From assembly GCA_963758005.1 (NCBI GenBank), contig CAVWTR010000001.1, forward strand, positions 7,737-71,736: DNA of 64,000 nucleotides. Direction: 5' to 3'. The stretch is from an uncultured Acidobacteriota bacterium. GTDB taxonomy: Bacteria; Acidobacteriota; Terriglobia; Terriglobales; Acidobacteriaceae. The position numbers were made by a program, and so were the translations under genes. The notes under the pieces are model-generated. The model was given only the letters and a program-made list of their open reading frames with translations, did no database searches and had not been told where the DNA came from. Positions 47,427-56,497 of the stretch are shown one piece after another (position 1 is the first letter of the stretch; each line of letters starts with the position of its first letter).

Positions 47427-48848
47427 ATGCGAAAGACAACTCTGACGGCGATTGTTTTATTAGTCGCTATGCTGGTTCCCCAGGACTTTGGGCTCGTGCT
47501 CTCGGCCCAGTCGACCATCCCCACGGCGCAGCAACTGGATCAATTGCTGGCTCCGGTAGCGCTATACCCTGATTCCCTGCTGGCGCAAATCACAACCGCC
47601 TCGACGAATCCGCAGGAAATTCTCGACGTGGATAACTGGCTACAGCAGAATGCCGGGCTCACGGGTAGCGCGCTCACCGATGCGGCTCAAAGCCAGGGAT
47701 TCGATCCGGCATTTATTGCGCTGACAAATTTTCCGCAAGTGCTCGACATGATGGCGCAAAACATCGACGATTATGCCGCCATCGGGCAAGCCTTTTCGGC
47801 TGATCAAGGAGCGGTCACTGCCTCCATTCAGCGATTGCGAGCTCAGGCGTATGCGGCCGGGACGTTGCAGAGCAATTCCCAGCAGCAGGTGGAAGTGCAG
47901 CAGCCGGCGGGTCAGACGATTTATGTAATTCAACCGGCGAACCCGCAGGTGGTTTATGTCCCGGTCTATAACCCTACGGTGGTTTACGTCAAGCCGAGCA
48001 CGAGCACGGTCGTCGTAACATCGCTCGTCACTTTCGGAGCGGGAATCGCGATTGGGGCTCTGGTGGCTAGCAACCAGCCGTGGGGATGGGGCGGATGGGG
48101 TTGGGGATGGTCATCGGGACGGGTCTATTACAATCGCACCGTCTTTGTCGCCTGGGGAAATCCGTATCGTCCGCCGACAGTGTGGTACCGTCCGCGGCCC
48201 GTTCACTATAACAGCCGTCCGGGTTACGGTGGCAATTGGCACTATCGTCCGCCGAACTATCGGCCGCCAGCCCCGGCACCCCGTCCGCCTAATCGTAAGC
48301 CCTGGGGTCCGAATAACCCTCCGGGATATAGACCTCCTACGGGGGGCACTCGGCCGCCAGCTCATAAGCTACCCGGCACGCCTACTCAGCCGATAGCTAA
48401 GCCCACGCCCAGACCGCCGAGTGGGACAAGGCCGCCGTCGCAAGGCAAGCCAAATCCACCGTCGCAGGGCAAATCGAACCCACCCAGCACAAATCGGCCG
48501 CAAGCCAACGGCACGAAACCGCCTGCACCGAACCGGCCAGTCCTGCAACCGAAACCCGCGCAGCCGAGCCAAGGGCGACCGCAGACGAAGCCGAACCCGC
48601 CGAGCACAAATCGACCACCGGCAGAGGGCTCGAAGCCGCCTGCCACCACTCGGCCCGCTCCCACTCCCAAACCCGGAACTCCTAGTCGCGAGCCTCAAAC
48701 AAAACTAATGACGAATCCGGCTGCTGGAACGCGGCCTACACAGCAGCCAAAACCTGCTGCCCCACAGAACCGTCCTCAGCCGCAGCAAAAGCCGCCTTCG
48801 CAATCGAAGCCAGGTCCGAAACCTGTGCCGAAGACGCAGCCGCAGTAA
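47427..48848 (+). CDS. DUF3300-domain protein with a long Pro-rich C-terminal tail
   Basis: Signal/anchor MRKTTLTAIVLLVAMLV. DUF3300 hallmark LDQLLAPVALYPDSLLAQI. The C-terminal ~200 aa are P-rich with an internal duplication (NPPSTNRPQANGTKPPAPNRP / NPPSTNRPPAEGSKPPATTRP). Confidence 0.8.
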   Translation: MRKTTLTAIVLLVAMLVPQDFGLVLSAQSTIPTAQQLDQLLAPVALYPDSLLAQITTASTNPQEILDVDNWLQQNAGLTGSALTDAAQSQGFDPAFIALTNFPQVLDMMAQNIDDYAAIGQAFSADQGAVTASIQRLRAQAYAAGTLQSNSQQQVEVQQPAGQTIYVIQPANPQVVYVPVYNPTVVYVKPSTSTVVVTSLVTFGAGIAIGALVASNQPWGWGGWGWGWSSGRVYYNRTVFVAWGNPYRPPTVWYRPRPVHYNSRPGYGGNWHYRPPNYRPPAPAPRPPNRKPWGPNNPPGYRPPTGGTRPPAHKLPGTPTQPIAKPTPRPPSGTRPPSQGKPNPPSQGKSNPPSTNRPQANGTKPPAPNRPVLQPKPAQPSQGRPQTKPNPPSTNRPPAEGSKPPATTRPAPTPKPGTPSREPQTKLMTNPAAGTRPTQQPKPAAPQNRPQPQQKPPSQSKPGPKPVPKTQPQ

Positions 48849-49076
48849 TTTAGAAAAGGCTATCGTCCTGTCATATCTGACAGGTTCCAGTTGTTCTCCT
48901 GCGAAGTATTCTGAGCATGCAGCCGCAAGAATGAGCGAACGTGCGACCCGGGGTGGATGAATCCAATGTCGCTCATTCCCTAAATATCCGTCGGAGAAGA
49001 CGGGTAAGTCTGGCGGGAAAACAACGACTAACGCAAAGGAACCTCGTCATAGGACGAGCATAGGAGAAGATAAACA

Positions 49077-50006
49077 ATGAACAGGCACATGAAAGTAGTA
49101 ACTGGTTTATTGGCCGTGTGTTTTCTGGCCTTCGGGTCGGCCCTTGCCAGCGATAAGGTAAAAGGCAAAGGGGTGATCACCCAAAGTTCCGGAGGCACTC
49201 TGACCGTGGAGACTGACGAAGGAACTACGACCGTAACTGTCACGTCTGACACGAAAGTCCAACACCCGATCGGACTTGGGGCCCGGAAAAAACAAGTGGG
49301 TCAAGAGAACCTGATTCCGGGACTCAGGCTAAAGTACGAGGGAACGGGTAGTGAGAGCCAGGTGACGGCCGAAACGATCACCTTCGACCAAGATGATCTC
49401 AGCTTGGCCAAAGTGATCCAGGCTGGTTTGAACCCCGTCGCTCAACAACAGGCCATGAACATGGCGAAATACACGGCCAATAAGGAGGCGACGGACGCCG
49501 AGCTCGCGGCCAACAAGGCGGACATCGCTGCTCACCAACAGGAGATTGAGGCATCCAAGCAAGAGATCGCGGCCAACCAACAGGGCATTCAAGAAGTTGC
49601 GCAGTCGACCCAGAAGCGCTTCTCCGATCTGGCCACGTGGTATGTGAAGGGTGAAACAACCGTGCGCTTCGCGGTCGGAGATTCTGCTATTTCGGGCGCC
49701 GACCAGCAAGCAATCGCGAACCTGGCTCAACATGCGCTCACCTACACGGGGTTTGTGATCGAAGTCAGAGGGTATGCTGACTCCACTGGCAAACTGGAAG
49801 ACAACCAACAACTCAGCAAGGAGCGTGCTCAAGCCGTGGTCGCCTATTTACTGCAGGATTGTCATGTTCCCACAAAGAACATCACTGCGCCCGGTGCAAT
49901 GGGTATAGCGAATCCGGCGGCATCGAACGAGGACGCGAGCGGACGAGCCGAAAACCGGAGAGTCGATCTTAAACTTCTTGTCAACAAAGGCGTGGCTGGC
50001 CAGTAA
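49077..50006 (+). CDS. OmpA-family peptidoglycan-binding protein with N-terminal beta domain and coiled coil
   Basis: Signal peptide VVTGLLAVCFLAFGSALA. OmpA_C motifs VRGYADSTG...NQQLSKERAQAVVAYL...NRRVDLKLL. Confidence 0.88.
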   Translation: MNRHMKVVTGLLAVCFLAFGSALASDKVKGKGVITQSSGGTLTVETDEGTTTVTVTSDTKVQHPIGLGARKKQVGQENLIPGLRLKYEGTGSESQVTAETITFDQDDLSLAKVIQAGLNPVAQQQAMNMAKYTANKEATDAELAANKADIAAHQQEIEASKQEIAANQQGIQEVAQSTQKRFSDLATWYVKGETTVRFAVGDSAISGADQQAIANLAQHALTYTGFVIEVRGYADSTGKLEDNQQLSKERAQAVVAYLLQDCHVPTKNITAPGAMGIANPAASNEDASGRAENRRVDLKLLVNKGVAGQ

Positions 50007-50076
50007 GGCTTTGGTTCGCAGAAGCTGTCCGCTTCGGAGGTGAGTCTTAAGTCAAGATTTCTTCCGCTTGTTACAA

Positions 50077-50117
50077 TAGGCTGATCACCTTGTTATAGGT
50101 GGTCAGCCTATTTTTTT
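50077..50117 (+). terminator. Rho-independent terminator
   Basis: 14-bp stem taggctgatcacct / aggtggtcagccta (one G-U pair) with loop tgttat, followed by ttttttt. Confidence 0.85.
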
Positions 50118-50691
50118 GGAGTTTTCTTTGCCTTCATTGCCAAGAAGTCTGTGCAGTCTATTTTTTTCGACCTTGATCCTTGCACTCGGGATTGTCCCGA
50201 CTATCGCAGCCGAGCCAAAATTGCCGGGCGCTCAGGACAGTCCCTACCGGCTTCATTTTTTCCACACCCATACTGGGGAACGCTTGAATATCGTCTACCG
50301 CGATGGCGAAGGCTATGGCTACGATCAGGATTCCCTGGCGCTCCTGAGCCATTACCTGCGGGACCACCGCACCGGCGAAGTTCGCGAGTACGATCCCCGG
50401 GTATTCGATCTTCTGCACGACTTGACCACTGCGCTGGGGAACCCCGACCTCGAGATTGACGTTGTTTGTGGCTATCGCACGCCCTGGAGCAATGAGTTCC
50501 TGCGCACACATGGGCACGGTGTGGCCCGTCAGAGTCTGCACATGCAGGCCATGGCGATTGACATCCGGATACCCGGCGTTCCCACCTCACAATTGAGGGA
50601 TGCGGCGTTGGCACTGCATCGCGGCGGTGTGGGCTACTATGCTGCGTCAAACTTTGTGCACGTCGACGTGGGCCGCGTCCGCCGCTGGTAG
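50116..50691 (+). CDS. DUF882/YcbK (MepK-like) M15-family peptidoglycan peptidase
   Basis: YRLHFFHTHTGERLNIVY...DVVCGYRTPWSNE...SLHMQAMAIDIRIPG...SNFVHVDVG. The listed TTG start overlaps the upstream terminator T-run, so a downstream TTG (50128 or 50137) is more likely. Confidence 0.8.
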   Translation: MEFSLPSLPRSLCSLFFSTLILALGIVPTIAAEPKLPGAQDSPYRLHFFHTHTGERLNIVYRDGEGYGYDQDSLALLSHYLRDHRTGEVREYDPRVFDLLHDLTTALGNPDLEIDVVCGYRTPWSNEFLRTHGHGVARQSLHMQAMAIDIRIPGVPTSQLRDAALALHRGGVGYYAASNFVHVDVGRVRRW

Positions 50692-50706
50692 GTTTGGGAG
50701 ACTAGG

Positions 50707-52377
50707 CTACGGGTACGGATATCCCTTGGCGAGCGCAGCCGCCAGCTTGGCATCGTGTCCGTAAATATCATCGCTGAAGTGAACGTCGCCGTTTTCGTAG
50801 GCGAGCGCCGTTCCGTAAACGATGAACACCGGAACCCGCTTTGCGAGGTTCACGGTAACATCGTCTTTTCCGCTCTGCATGCCTTCCTTTACTCGCTCCA
50901 GTGTCCATCCTGGATTATTGCGCAGCGCCCATGCGGCGAGTTCGGCTGGTTTTTCAACTCGAATGCAGCCGTGGCTAAAGTCACGGCGGGAGCGCGAGAA
51001 CAACTGCGGAGCAGGCGTGCTATGAAGGTAGACGTTATATTCATTCGGGAAAATCAGTTTGACCAGACCAAGGGCGTTGGTCGGGCCCGGCTTCTGCCGC
51101 ACCGCGAGCTTCCCTGCGCGCAATTGCGCCAACACATCATCGGAAATATCCCCTGAGGTAACAACTTTGCCGCCCTGTGTAGTGACTTCGTAATTCTTGC
51201 GGGCAATGTAGCCGCGGTCGCGCTGAATGGCGGGAACAATCTCGCTGCGGAGAATGCTGGGAGGCACATTCCAGTAAGGGCGCAGAACCAGGTAAACCAT
51301 ATCCCGTGAGAAAACAGGCGTCTGAGTGCGCATCGACTTCCCGACCACGACGCGCATGTCCAGAGCCACATTGTTATTTTCATCGAGGGCGCGCAAACGG
51401 AAATCGGGAATGTTCACGATGATGGGTGGTGCGGAAAACTCCGCCGGCAACCATCGCCAGCGCTCCAACGTGAGCTGCAATTGGCGCACCCGTTCTTGCA
51501 GAGGCACGTTGAGCTGTTTTATTGTGCCGGGACCGAGGCGACCATCCTCATCGAGCCCGTGGCGGCGCTGAAAACGTTTTACTGCATCCACCAGCGGCCC
51601 ACCGTAGGTTTGGGCATCTCCCGTCAAGACAGCATCCGCCGGCAGGTCACCCACAAGTCGTAAGAAACGCGTCAGGCGCGGTACGCCAGCATAGGTCTGG
51701 CCCGGGTCGATGGGCTTCGTGACTTCGGGTAGCTTCTCCCCGTCGTCGGCGCGTGCCAGTTCGATGTAGCGGGCAAGTGCCGCCTCGGTGCGGCGATAGG
51801 CGGCAAACGGAGGTTCCACTCCGTCCATGAGAGCTGGCAGATTCGAACTAGTGAGGATCCGGTCGCGCAAAAACTGGGCTAGATCGTACTTTTTTTGCTC
51901 AACGCTCAGTCCGACATGGAAATGTGCTGGATTGATCCGCCCAATACGCAAGTCGGACACATAGCGCATGGTGCAGACAGTGAGGGCTACGTCAAAACGC
52001 GCAACTTCCGTTCCGTTCGCAGAGCCCTGGAGCGCGCGGAGTCTTTCCTCCCAGCGCGAGGCGTCGTAATCCTCCGGGTCCAGCCCTTTTTTTCCGGCAT
52101 CCCTGAAAAGCTGAATCATCGCTGCAGCCTGCGGTACCGGCTGCTGCCCCTGGATCCACGCGGGCGCGTATCCTGCAGGCTCGTAAAACTTCTGCAGCCA
52201 GGTCCGATAATCGCTAGAGTTCGGCCAGCGCATGCCCTCCAGGTTCCCACTTGCGACCAGTTTCTGGATGTCGGCGGGTTGTTGGCCGGGTAGGAAAGTT
52301 GTCAACACCGCCACAAGGACGGTGCAGTTCAATGCGAAGCGGAGCCGATGGCAAGCACTATGCATCTTAACTTTCAC
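50707..52377 (-). CDS. YcbB/LdtD-like L,D-transpeptidase (PG_binding_1 plus YkuD)
   Basis: PG-binding repeat LVDAVKRFQRRHGLDEDGRLGPGTIKQL. YkuD catalytic motif YLHSTPAPQLFSRSRRDFSHGCIRV. Confidence 0.88.
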   Translation of the reverse strand: MKVKMHSACHRLRFALNCTVLVAVLTTFLPGQQPADIQKLVASGNLEGMRWPNSSDYRTWLQKFYEPAGYAPAWIQGQQPVPQAAAMIQLFRDAGKKGLDPEDYDASRWEERLRALQGSANGTEVARFDVALTVCTMRYVSDLRIGRINPAHFHVGLSVEQKKYDLAQFLRDRILTSSNLPALMDGVEPPFAAYRRTEAALARYIELARADDGEKLPEVTKPIDPGQTYAGVPRLTRFLRLVGDLPADAVLTGDAQTYGGPLVDAVKRFQRRHGLDEDGRLGPGTIKQLNVPLQERVRQLQLTLERWRWLPAEFSAPPIIVNIPDFRLRALDENNNVALDMRVVVGKSMRTQTPVFSRDMVYLVLRPYWNVPPSILRSEIVPAIQRDRGYIARKNYEVTTQGGKVVTSGDISDDVLAQLRAGKLAVRQKPGPTNALGLVKLIFPNEYNVYLHSTPAPQLFSRSRRDFSHGCIRVEKPAELAAWALRNNPGWTLERVKEGMQSGKDDVTVNLAKRVPVFIVYGTALAYENGDVHFSDDIYGHDAKLAAALAKGYPYP

Positions 52378-52418
52378 AGGCTAAATCCTGGCGCCATAGT
52401 CATCGAACTGTCAAGAGT

Positions 52419-52574
52419 CACAGTTGGGTACGGAACGTTTTGGACCCTCGGCCGAGCTGCCTCCTCTTGACACCGACAGCGGCGAGAAAGAGCACGGCGG
52501 CAAAGGCTGACCCAACGATGGCAAGCGATTTGACAACAACGAGCGTTAAGGCGGTTTCCGTGGGTGAAGTCATG
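52419..52574 (-). CDS. Possible small membrane protein (51 aa) upstream of the L,D-transpeptidase
   Basis: MTSPTETALTLVVVKSLAIVGSAFAAVLFLAAVGVKRRQLGRG... has one helix and a basic tail. A GGAG motif lies 8 nt before the ATG. The ORF is below the track cutoff. Confidence 0.25.
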
Positions 52575-52731
52575 ACGGACTCCAGTCGCATGAAAGTTGA
52601 ACAGAGCTATTCTGAATGAATCACTCCGAAGCGGGAAACTGTAAGAACTGACAGTGACGTGAGCAACTCTTGCCCCCTGTAATATCTGACAGTTCATCGT
52701 CCATCGAAGCTGCATTACCATCGTTGGATTC

Positions 52732-52956
52732 GTGATCGAGGGGAGCGCCTTGATGTTCATTACCGGGGGCACCAATCGGCAGACTGCCATACCGCAACTG
52801 AGAGGGACCTATTGGCATTGCGAGAAATGCGGCTTGTTTGTCTCAATTCATTCCGCCGGAATCGTTTATGAACTAAGGTGCCCGCTCTGCCTAAGCGAAC
52901 TTGAATTTTGCGCCGCATTCGACAGCGGCTTGGAACGTACGCTAGAGGACGCCTAA
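52732..52956 (+). CDS. Possible small zinc-ribbon protein
   Basis: CEKC...(17 aa)...CPLC pair within 74 codons. The start is uncertain (GTG 52732 or internal ATG). Confidence 0.3.
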   Translation: MIEGSALMFITGGTNRQTAIPQLRGTYWHCEKCGLFVSIHSAGIVYELRCPLCLSELEFCAAFDSGLERTLEDA

Positions 52957-52976
52957 AATCTGTTTACTAGTAGCAG

Positions 52977-53675
52977 TCAATGACAGGATCCATCGTCCTG
53001 AAATTGTCCGCTTGCGGCCATCGATGCCAGAGAGCGCGCGCAACTGAGTATCTGCTGATTCAAGGGATCGTCTCGCAACGCATCGGTGGAGATGTAATTC
53101 ATATTTTGGCGCGAGGCCAAAATCTTATCGCTTAACTTTTGCATGTTCTCGAACACACTGCTGAGCAATTGAAATGCGCTGCGATCAGAATCGGTTGACA
53201 CTGCTACCGATGCGAGTCTGAGACTTGTTACAGCCTGGCCCTGGTAACGGGCTACGAAATCATCTGTAACCGGGTATCCATTTTGAACGGCGCTGGAAAG
53301 CGCCGTGCGCCATTCCCTGATCGTGGACCCTGCCTCAATGCCAGCCTTCAGGAAGTCCTTCGAGAATCCGGAACTGGCGGGCTGGCTTGCAGGAACAACG
53401 GTCGCGGGGGCGCTTGCGGCGGAGGACGGCAACGTCAATGTAACTTGATTCCCTTTGAAGCTGAGGGAACCACTCGCAAGCCGTGCTAGGGCTTCGATGT
53501 CTACATAGGACCTGCCATCGATCTGGAGGAGCGGCGTTTGCCCCGGCTGACCGCTCACAGTGAGGGCGCCCTTCTGCTGCACTGCCTGCGATAGACCGAG
53601 CCCCGGCGTTGCCAGGAGCGCTGCCAAGATTAATCCTGCGGTCGACAATTTACTGATCATCGATTTACTGATCAT
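52977..53675 (-). CDS. Secreted hypothetical protein with a copper-amine-oxidase-N-like (stalk) segment
   Basis: Signal LSTAGLILAALLATPGLGLSQA. Segment LLQIDGRSYVDIEALARLASGSLSFKGNQVTLTLP. The first five codons are duplicated (MISKS-MISKL) by a 15-bp tandem repeat. Confidence 0.65.
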   Translation of the reverse strand: MISKSMISKLSTAGLILAALLATPGLGLSQAVQQKGALTVSGQPGQTPLLQIDGRSYVDIEALARLASGSLSFKGNQVTLTLPSSAASAPATVVPASQPASSGFSKDFLKAGIEAGSTIREWRTALSSAVQNGYPVTDDFVARYQGQAVTSLRLASVAVSTDSDRSAFQLLSSVFENMQKLSDKILASRQNMNYISTDALRDDPLNQQILSCARSLASMAASGQFQDDGSCH

Positions 53676-53677
53676 CG
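53648..53677 (-). repeat. Perfect 15-bp tandem duplication spanning the start codon
   Basis: The unit atttactgatcatcg occurs twice (53648-53662 and 53663-53677). This creates two in-frame ATGs, at 53675 and 53660. Confidence 0.95.
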
Positions 53678-53719
53678 AATCCCCGTCTCAGTTTTGCATT
53701 TCTCTTTGCTTATTCCCGG

Positions 53720-54205
53720 CTAGGGGATCAGTGGGATTTCATCCGTCAGTTGCAGATTGATGATTAGCGAGATCCGGTTATCTACCTGATAGAACTTGGC
53801 GGCTCGTTTCGCCCCGAGAGCGTTCATGAATTTCGGCCAATAATCCTCGCGCACGTTCAAGTTCCGGTCCTCAATGCTGATCATGCGCTGCATCATGTCT
53901 TTGGCTTTCGGGTCATCCAAGCTGTCGTAATTCTTGGCGTAATCACTGATCAACTGCACTCGATCGTCACCGATCAGCTGCTGGTCGCGCGCGTAGTCCC
54001 GATAGACTGGCCAGAATACCTTCGATTCGGCGTCGGTGAATTGCATCGTGTCAGCAATAATCTGGTTCTTGACGGACTGCACGTCGGAACGCAGCAATTG
54101 GATATCGGTGTCACTCAGGGGTTTCGCAGTCACTTGCGCCGTCTGAGCGAAAACAGTTGCGCTTATCAGAACGATCGCAGCAAAGATTACGATTCGCGTT
54201 CGCAT
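53720..54205 (-). CDS. Periplasmic hypothetical protein
   Basis: Signal peptide MRTRIVIFAAIVLISATVFAQ followed by a helical, charged body. No family recognised. Confidence 0.6.
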   Translation of the reverse strand: MRTRIVIFAAIVLISATVFAQTAQVTAKPLSDTDIQLLRSDVQSVKNQIIADTMQFTDAESKVFWPVYRDYARDQQLIGDDRVQLISDYAKNYDSLDDPKAKDMMQRMISIEDRNLNVREDYWPKFMNALGAKRAAKFYQVDNRISLIINLQLTDEIPLIP

Positions 54206-54675
54206 AATAGCCCTCCGATCAGTTTTTCAAATTGAATTTCTTTTTCGATTCCATTTCAAGAGCACGGCGGCGCTGAAACACTTTCTCCCATTCACTTTTC
54301 AGTGCGTTTTGGCAGGAACGGTCACATCAGGGCTCTTAACGCCGGTGTCATTAGACCGAGCATCCGTGGGCATCCATGCAGGGAGAAAAGGCCCGCTTGA
54401 ATGAATTGAATAGCGTCTTGATACTCCCCGGGCCTTGGGTTGTTACTGACTTTGCGCTGTTTGTCGGGTTGTTTGTTGCGCTACTTGCGCTGTGTCCTCA
54501 TCTTCTTTTCTTGCTCGATTCCGGGGAGAAAAGGGAGTTGCCGACTCATAAGTAGCAGCCCGCGACTTTGGCACTCTGGACATTCTTTCGATTCGAGGCG
54601 TCCTGCTTTGGATAAGCCCCGTTTCGAAACAATGCACCAACGCCGCGTAAACCCTTTTCTCCCCGAACCGAAATG

Positions 54676-55458
54676 CTAGCGACTCTTCCGAGCCATTCGC
54701 AGGCCAGCCGAAGAAGCTAACGCCAGAAATCCGAGCAGCCCGATCAAAGGCAGCTCACTTCCGGTCTTCGGAAGTTCCGGCGCTGGCGCAGCGTCAGCAA
54801 CCGCTGCGGGAGCCGGAGCGGGAGCGGGTACATAGACAACCAGAATCGGCACGTCTGGTGGCGGAGGCGGTGGCGGCGGCATCTGACCTGTTACGGTCCG
54901 GCTTTGTGAAACGTCCACAATGGGCTCCTCCACCACTTTGGTGGCCGAGACTTTCATGCCTTTCTTCAGACCCCAGGCATCGACCATCTGTCCATCGATA
55001 TTGAACTTTTGACCCTTGGGAATCGTGAACTTCTGGTTGCTTCCGTCATCCAGCTTCAAGATCACGGTGCTTGGCGGACTGATGTACCACACCGTTCCGG
55101 TGACGCTCTTCACGACGGTGATGGTCTTTGGGGTGGTGGTGGTGGTGATGGTACGTTGAAGTTTCATGCCCGGCTTCAGGTCGTGAATTCCGAGTTGCTG
55201 GCCATCAACCGTGACTCTGGCACTTTCCGGCACATTGGCAAAATGCCGGATGCTGCCATCGGACGCCTTGACCAGCAGATCGTTGCCCGAAACATATACC
55301 ACTACGCCACTTTCGACTGTGGTTTGTACCGAGGCTTTGTGGGCGGTTGTCGTTGTTGTGGTTTCAACCTGCGCGCTCGCGCTCAGGGTAAGGGCCAGGC
55401 CAACAGTCCCTACCACGAGCGCAAGCCATGCACGCGTCCAACTTGCTTTTGAGTTCAT
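54676..55458 (-). CDS. LPXTG-motif surface protein (sortase substrate)
   Basis: An AGGAG Shine-Dalgarno precedes the ATG at 55458. A signal peptide is followed by two ~75-aa repeats, each opening with a poly-Thr run. A PPPPPPPP and PAPAPAPA stalk follows. The C-terminus is LPKTG (54760-54774) + SELPLIGLLGFLALASSAGL + RMARKSR. Confidence 0.85.
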   Translation of the reverse strand: MNSKASWTRAWLALVVGTVGLALTLSASAQVETTTTTTAHKASVQTTVESGVVVYVSGNDLLVKASDGSIRHFANVPESARVTVDGQQLGIHDLKPGMKLQRTITTTTTPKTITVVKSVTGTVWYISPPSTVILKLDDGSNQKFTIPKGQKFNIDGQMVDAWGLKKGMKVSATKVVEEPIVDVSQSRTVTGQMPPPPPPPPDVPILVVYVPAPAPAPAAVADAAPAPELPKTGSELPLIGLLGFLALASSAGLRMARKSR

Positions 55459-55515
55459 TTTGTTTTCTCCTTTGTCCATTTTCGGAATCGTATTCTTGGA
55501 TCCTTCAGCTTTGCT

Positions 55516-56490
55516 TCAATCAAAAATCAAAACAGATTCGTCGTGTAAGTACTGCGCTAAAGCTCCTGGCTCGGATCCGGTCCGCACGGCAGCATGTTGG
55601 TTCGCCTCAGCAGACCCAGACTCCGATGCTTGAACGATGTAACGTTGTGGGGCGCTGCCGATGAAATAAAAGGGGTAGCACGTTATCAATGTTAGAGATG
55701 GCCGCGAGCGTGGCTGCAGCACGGAAAGGTCGGTGCGCTCGACGATCGTGATGCGATCGATGGTGTACGTCAGTGACTGCTGCAGCGTAGCGATTTCAAT
55801 TTGGTCGCCGACCGCGATGTCCTTCAGCCCACGGAAGAACCCGTCTCGATGTCCAGCAATCGCCACATTGCCTTGCTCACCGGGGTTGGCCGTGCCTGCC
55901 ACGTGTCCCACTCCCCGATTCAAGGTGAGGTCGTCGGTTCCTTCAAGGATGGGAACTTCAACGCTAATCTTGGGTATGCGAAGAATTCCAATAGCAGGGG
56001 AGAAGTGTTCAGCCAAGCTCTCCTGGTATTCCTTGATACGTTTCTCCGACCACAAACTAAAGTCTGGGGCCCCGGTGGTCAGAGCCACTCCGTGCGGCCC
56101 TGCGACCGAAACCATTTGCTGAGACTTGAACCTCTGCACCTCGGCCTTGGACAATACCGTCCTGTGGATGCGAGCCGCCACATAGAAGGCCAGCATGCAG
56201 CACTCCCACGACCAGCAGCAGACGTTCGAGTATTGCGTAGCCAGCTCATTCGGTTTTACCCAAGCCACTCGCCCCAACCAGCTAAGGATGTGCCTGCTTC
56301 GCGAGTACCTGCTTAACCATAAGGAGCGAAATGAATATGGCATAACTGTCATTACTAACGTCCCCAGCGTGGTAAGCAATAGACAGTCCCACCTGAACTG
56401 TGACAACGGGCGGGTCGGTCCGCTACTATGCCCTGAAGCCGTAGGAAAGCCGAGCATGTACGCGAGTGCCGAATTTCCCGCCCAGCCCAT
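55516..56490 (-). CDS. Sortase-family transpeptidase (N-terminal boundary uncertain)
   Basis: The catalytic domain has VAIAGHRDGFFRGL (His), TLITCYPF (TLxTC Cys) and PQRYIVQA (Arg). The region upstream of residue 99 is not sortase-like in this frame (see finding). Confidence 0.8.
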   Translation of the reverse strand: MGWAGNSALAYMLGFPTASGHSSGPTRPLSQFRWDCLLLTTLGTLVMTVMPYSFRSLWLSRYSRSRHILSWLGRVAWVKPNELATQYSNVCCWSWECCMLAFYVAARIHRTVLSKAEVQRFKSQQMVSVAGPHGVALTTGAPDFSLWSEKRIKEYQESLAEHFSPAIGILRIPKISVEVPILEGTDDLTLNRGVGHVAGTANPGEQGNVAIAGHRDGFFRGLKDIAVGDQIEIATLQQSLTYTIDRITIVERTDLSVLQPRSRPSLTLITCYPFYFIGSAPQRYIVQASESGSAEANQHAAVRTGSEPGALAQYLHDESVLIFD

Positions 56491-56497
56491 TTGAGAT

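Noticed and set aside
52374-52790. 138-aa minus-strand ORF upstream of the L,D-transpeptidase
   Set aside because: Composition is Cys/Arg-rich with no motifs. Only a short 51-aa hydrophobic ORF in a different frame (52419-52574) looks at all gene-like.
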